Below are positions 62,056 to 64,000 of a stretch of DNA of 64,000 bases, in pieces (position 1 is the stretch's first letter; every line of letters begins with the position of its first letter). The notes beneath the pieces are model-generated. The model searched no databases, had not been told where the DNA came from, and was given only the letters and a program-made list of their open reading frames with translations. A program made the translations under genes and the position numbers. Source of the stretch: Fistulifera solaris (Eukaryota); NCBI GenBank assembly GCA_030295235.1, contig AP026162.1, forward strand, positions 2,542,001-2,606,000. The letters are read 5' to 3'.

Positions 62056-63410
62056 CGTTGCGGCAACCGTGGCTCCTTTTCTGTTGTCTGCTAGCTACGT
62101 CGACGACGTCGGCATTTACACGGTCTTCGACAACAATATCAACAACTACTACTATTCTACAATCATCGACCAGTTTATCCGAAATATCTCTGGAAGAACG
62201 AATTCATCATCAACGAACGAACGATTTGCGTTATCTGTTTCCGACGACTCAAGATCAACGTTACAAAACCAAGAAACTTACCGCAAATACCGCCAAAGAA
62301 GAGCCGCCTACACAGAAACCGATTCTGTCATCACGCCGTTCGACAGTTCCCGAAATACAATCGCAACAACGACGAAAGCGACGAACGACTGCTTCCACCA
62401 TTACGAAACCCCATCGCACGCACACCTTGTACGTGCAATCCCCCAATGTCCCCGATTCCATGATTCAATTGACCGACACCATACATGCAACGACCCGCTG
62501 CATTACACACGAACAAGAAGTGGAATTGGGATACAAAACGCAAGCCGCCGTGCGGCTCCAACGACAATACGACTATTTGTTGGAAAAACTCCAACGCGAA
62601 CCCACGGACGAAGAATGGTGTGCGGCGGCGGGGAAAATCAACATGGCGGCGATTCGAGAAACCCTCGAAGAAGGCAAGGCCGCCAAGGAACAATTGGTGA
62701 CATCGAATTTGCGGCTCGTGCAATCGGTCGTCAATACGTATTTACGCAATGGGTTATCGGCCCAATACAATGCGGGTGATTTGATGCAAGAAGGGATTGT
62801 TGCGCTGATCCGAGCGGCGGAAAAATTTGAACCACAACGGGGATGGAAATTCAGTACGTACGCCATGTATTGGGTCCGATCGTCGGTCAAACACAATCAA
62901 TTGCAACAAGCCGATCTTATATGGGTGCCCCAACGCATTCAAGAACAATACAAAAAATTAAAAACGAAAGAACAGGAATTGACGACTCAATTACAAAGAA
63001 AACCGACGCGAGAAGAATTGGCCGAAGTGATGCAGTGTTCGGTGGAACAATTGGAACATTGTATTGTTTCGGTGGAACGAACCACGATTTCCTTGGATGC
63101 ACCCTTACCCAATCGTAAACAACCCTGGAAAGACGGAGCATCCGTGGCGTTGCAAGAATTGGTGGACATTCCGGACGCCGGCTCGTTGCGACAAGAACTA
63201 TGGGATACCTTGCATCGTTATTTGGATCCGCATCAAGTCGAATTACTGTTGTTAAGATACTGTGTCACACCGACGCAGAGCATTGCCGACATTGCCCGAC
63301 AAGTCGATATGACACCCGACAAGGTACGGCGGACGCTGCACCAAAGTCTGAAAATTTTGCGGAATGCGGAAGAAATGAAATACTTTCAGCAAGCTTTTTT
63401 GCATTATTGA
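61974..63410 (+). CDS. Nucleus-encoded plastid RNA polymerase sigma-70 factor
   Basis: LVTSNLRLVQSV, DLMQEGIVALIRAAEKFEPQRGWKFSTYAMYWVR, region 3 (PTREELA, ISLDAP), region 4 HTH; bipartite presequence LLATSTTSA-FT. Confidence 0.93.
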   Translation: MMYENEAQSTDNNNLRGGKRRRTPIPAPLRQPWLLFCCLLATSTTSAFTRSSTTISTTTTILQSSTSLSEISLEERIHHQRTNDLRYLFPTTQDQRYKTKKLTANTAKEEPPTQKPILSSRRSTVPEIQSQQRRKRRTTASTITKPHRTHTLYVQSPNVPDSMIQLTDTIHATTRCITHEQEVELGYKTQAAVRLQRQYDYLLEKLQREPTDEEWCAAAGKINMAAIRETLEEGKAAKEQLVTSNLRLVQSVVNTYLRNGLSAQYNAGDLMQEGIVALIRAAEKFEPQRGWKFSTYAMYWVRSSVKHNQLQQADLIWVPQRIQEQYKKLKTKEQELTTQLQRKPTREELAEVMQCSVEQLEHCIVSVERTTISLDAPLPNRKQPWKDGASVALQELVDIPDAGSLRQELWDTLHRYLDPHQVELLLLRYCVTPTQSIADIARQVDMTPDKVRRTLHQSLKILRNAEEMKYFQQAFLHY

Positions 63411-63534
63411 ACAAGCGTGTAAAAAACGATACCAAGTAATAGAAAAGCAATTACGAAATGTCAAGTAATGTACAGGAAAACGGAATAGGAAAGTTTCAAA
63501 CAAAGTTCTTTCAAAACAAAAGAATAAGTTCATT

Positions 63535-63937
63535 TCAGTAAGTTCTCAAGTAGCCCCATTCTCCGAATCCGCGTCGTCCAAGCGTCGTCGCTTCGGACTC
63601 GAACAGAACCCTGCTTCCGTTTTGATCGTACGATACAAGGTTCGGCAATAATTCACGAGCAACACCGGCGTCACACCAAACGGTAAAGTTGTTGTGAAAC
63701 ATTTGTTTCAATTGATCCGGATGCATTCATTTGTGACGATAATGGCAGCAGCCGACGAAGGCGTGTCGTCCTCGTCTTGCGGTTCATCCGTGGAAAACGC
63801 CAACGGAATTGAATGTGCAAGCAACATCGAATGATGCCAAAATGGGGCAAAAAGGCCCGCAAGGAAGACGAATTTCCGGCGCGGGCATTTTCGACGACGA
63901 TGCGAGCAAAACCATCGACTACTTCGAATGTCGTCAT
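63535..63937 (-). CDS. Hypothetical protein, frameshifted
   Basis: Overlapping minus-strand ORFs with coding-like composition; no family recognised. Confidence 0.35.
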
Positions 63938-64000
63938 TTGTTCGAGAATGATGAATGCACGAGAGGAGGAGGATTTTCGTTTTGTTATGTTTTTTTGCAA

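Noticed and set aside
62069..62779. 236-aa alternative-frame ORF inside the sigma-factor gene, and similar shadow ORFs elsewhere
   Set aside because: Explained by the codon bias of the real gene; no recognisable motifs
56281..63410. Bacterial contamination or a prokaryotic operon (PTPS, Era, sigma-70)
   Set aside because: The genes have eukaryotic targeting extensions, mixed orientation and eukaryote-specific neighbours (Med7, Elp5-like, SLC35)
1..64000. tRNA, rRNA or snRNA genes
   Set aside because: No convincing cloverleaf or conserved RNA motif seen by eye; a tRNAscan-SE/Infernal run would be needed to exclude them

Overview
Gene-dense eukaryotic nuclear DNA with short GT-AG introns and bipartite signal/'AF' plastid-targeting presequences. 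It is most likely a pennate diatom (Fistulifera-like by gene-family style; this is inference). About 30 genes are present, mostly housekeeping: POT/NPF transporter, Tom70-like, MgtE-like, PDH E2/E3BP-like, ArfGAP, Vta1, Yippee, DUF726, Rab3GAP2, Sec66-like, PPase, Pcf11, ALKBH7, Brr2, HMG-box, CD2BP2, Med7, Era, Elp5-like and a plastid sigma-70 factor. Many genes are split by single-base frameshifts in homopolymer runs, which look like sequencing errors. Accessory content includes a TIR-bounded, internally deleted DD39D mariner-type transposon (45243-47265), an 83-bp-arm foldback element (6854-7058), four DUF285/BspA-like repeat genes, a ShK-domain plus methyltransferase gene with nonsense codons, a bacterial-type PTPS/QueD-like gene carrying a signal peptide, and an exact 300-bp duplication of the sigma-factor promoter and N-terminus. 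All calls are by-eye motif recognition; no searches were run. I did not find a clearly novel multi-gene system.
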